NCBI GenBank assembly: GCA_030390025.1
Contig: JASTWF010000331.1
Location: 186,001-250,000 of the forward strand
Direction: 5' to 3'
DNA from: Squalus acanthias
Taxonomy: Eukaryota
Length of the DNA stretch: 64,000 bases
Shown here: in pieces, positions 62,110 to 64,000 of the stretch
Position numbering within the stretch: position 1 is the first letter of the stretch
Layout of the letters: the number at the start of each line of letters is the position of its first letter
Translations under genes and position numbers: made by a program
The notes under the pieces: model-generated
Told to the model about the DNA's origin: nothing
The model's database searches: none
Seen by the model: the letters and a program-made list of their open reading frames with translations, nothing else

Positions 62110-63428
62110 ACTCTATTGCTGCTATTGACAAACATTCACTATAAGCCCTCTGACTCCCACAGCTACCTGGAATACACTTCCTCCACCCGCTTCCTGTAAG
62201 GACGCTGCTCCATTCTCCCAGTCTTTCTGTCTCTGCTGCATCTGCTCTGACAATGCCACGTTCCATACTATTGCTTCCGACATGTCTTCCTTATTCCTCA
62301 ACCGAGGATTCCCCTCTGCCGTGGTGACACGGCTCTTGACCGTGTCCATTCTATTTCCCGCACTTCTGCCCTCACCCCTTCCCCTCCCTCCCGGAACCAC
62401 GATAGGGTTCCCCTTGTCCTCACCTTTCACCCCAGCAGCCTCCGCATTCAACGGATCATCCTCCGCCATTTCCGCCACCTCCAGCGTGATCCACCACCAA
62501 ACACATCTTCCCCTCACCTCCCCTTTCAGCATTCCGAAGGGCCCGCTCCCTCCGCGACACCCTGGTCCACTCCTCTATCACCCCCAACACCACTTCCCCT
62601 TCCCACAGCACCTTCCCGTGCAAGCGAAGGAGATGCTACACCTGCCCTTTTACCTCCTCCCTTCCCACTGCCCAGGGCCCCAAACACTCCTTTCAGTTAA
62701 AACAGCGATTTACTTGTACTTCTTGCAATTTAGTATACTGTATTCGCTGCTCACGATGCGGTCTCCTCTACATTGGGGAGACCAAACGCAGATTGGGTGA
62801 CCGCTTTGTGGAACACCTCCGTTCAGTCTGTAAGTGTTACCCCGAGCTTCTGGTCGCCTATCGCTTTAATTCTCTGCCCCACTCCCACTCTGATCTCTCC
62901 ATTCTCGGCCTTTTACACTCTAACAACAAAGTACAACATAAGATCGAGGAACAACACCTCATCTTTCAATTAGGCACTTTACAGCTTTCTGGACTCAACA
63001 TCGAGTTCAACAATTTCAGATTATAAACTCGGCCACTATTTTACTTTTCATTATTATTTTTCCTTTTCCCTTTTTTTCTCTCTCGCATGACAGCTGTTGA
63101 TGATTCTGACATTGCCATTCACACCTCATCTAGATTCATCTTTTGATTTTTAACTTGTCCCATTACCATCTCCTTTTGCTTGCACCATCATCCCTTTTGT
63201 CTTTTAATCTCTCCTGTCTTCCACCCTATCACAGACCTTCCCTTTTGTTCTTTCCTGCCCTCCCCCCACCTTTCCCGGCCCCGACACTTGTTTAAAAATC
63301 TGTTACATCTGTAACTTTTTCCAGTTCTGACGATGGGTCCTCGACCTGAAACATTAACACTGTTTCTCTCTCTATAGATGCTGCCTGACCTGCTGGGTAT
63401 TTCCAGCATTTCCTGTTTTTATTTCAGA
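62110..63428 (+). mobile_element. Penelope-like element, 5'-truncated
   Basis: Colinear with 13611-14893; clear GIY-YIG motif LVYCIRCSRCGLLYIGETKRRLGDRFVEH; ends in IFQLGTLQLSGLNIEFNNF plus terminal repeat. Confidence 0.93.
63323..63359 (+). ncRNA. Minimal type I hammerhead ribozyme motif, copy 3 (degenerate)
   Basis: AGTT-CTGACGA(63327-63333)-TGGGTC ctc GACCT-GAAA(63348-63351)-CATT-AACA; the ACGT palindrome is mutated to ACAT. Confidence 0.6.
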
Positions 63429-64000
63429 ATAAATTCTCCGTGTTTTATAAAATCCTGGGGGACTGATTTTACAGCAGCAGTTAGCGTTTCACAATATAAC
63501 TCACCCCGAGATATTCTACAGATTAATATAATGCACAGAGTATAAAGTACAGGGAATCACCGCTTCATCATTTAATTCTGGGGAAAATCGCCCCATTCCC
63601 ATAAAATCCGGGAATTAAGGAGCAGCAGAAATGAAACAAGTTTCTCCAAACATGACGAGGCCGGTCACTGAGCTCCAGGAGGGTAATTCTGATCATCAGA
63701 GAATGAGACAGGACTGAGGGACATTTAAAGGCTTCATACAGTTAACACATTATTTAATAAATACATTTACGGACAGTCCCTGAATATAGGGGCGGTTGGA
63801 CAGAGTGAGATACATTCCCAGTGAGGGGGGAATTTCGCAAGTGTCAGTGGGCGCGATCAGTGGTGGGTCAATTGGGAAAATGGATTTTTCCCCAGCAGGT
63901 CTGGACCCCGCTGTCAACCCGCCGCCACGCGCCTTTCCCAAATGTCGGGTCTGTCAGCGCTTGGCAGACCCGACACGTAGCGGCAGGGGAGACAATTCAA

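Overview
Eukaryotic genomic DNA, most likely from a cartilaginous fish (inferred from the repeat families and the NLR type). The window holds the 5' part of one plus-strand NOD-like receptor gene. I can splice five coding exons in frame by hand: 6598-6661, 14921-15087, 19424-19595, 19698-19763 and 59498-61235. They give 735 aa of CARD-like death fold, linker, NACHT and the first LRR; I found no further LRR exons inside the window. Intron 4 (39.7 kb) is almost filled by a ~36-kb, ~880-copy, 41-bp tandem repeat. Each unit carries donor-like and acceptor-like splice motifs, and two dimorphic sites reveal higher-order duplications. The rest is a G-rich 49-bp minisatellite (1-3197) and nested transposon relics: CR1 and L2 LINEs, three Penelope-like elements each ending in a minimal hammerhead-ribozyme motif, a tRNA-derived DeuSINE-like SINE sharing its tail with a nearby LINE, and a Harbinger-like element whose Myb/SANT exon is split by a CR1. 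There is no CRISPR, rRNA or true tRNA gene. I found no clearly new enzymatic system; the best candidates for novelty are the satellite-filled NLR intron and the intronic ribozymes.
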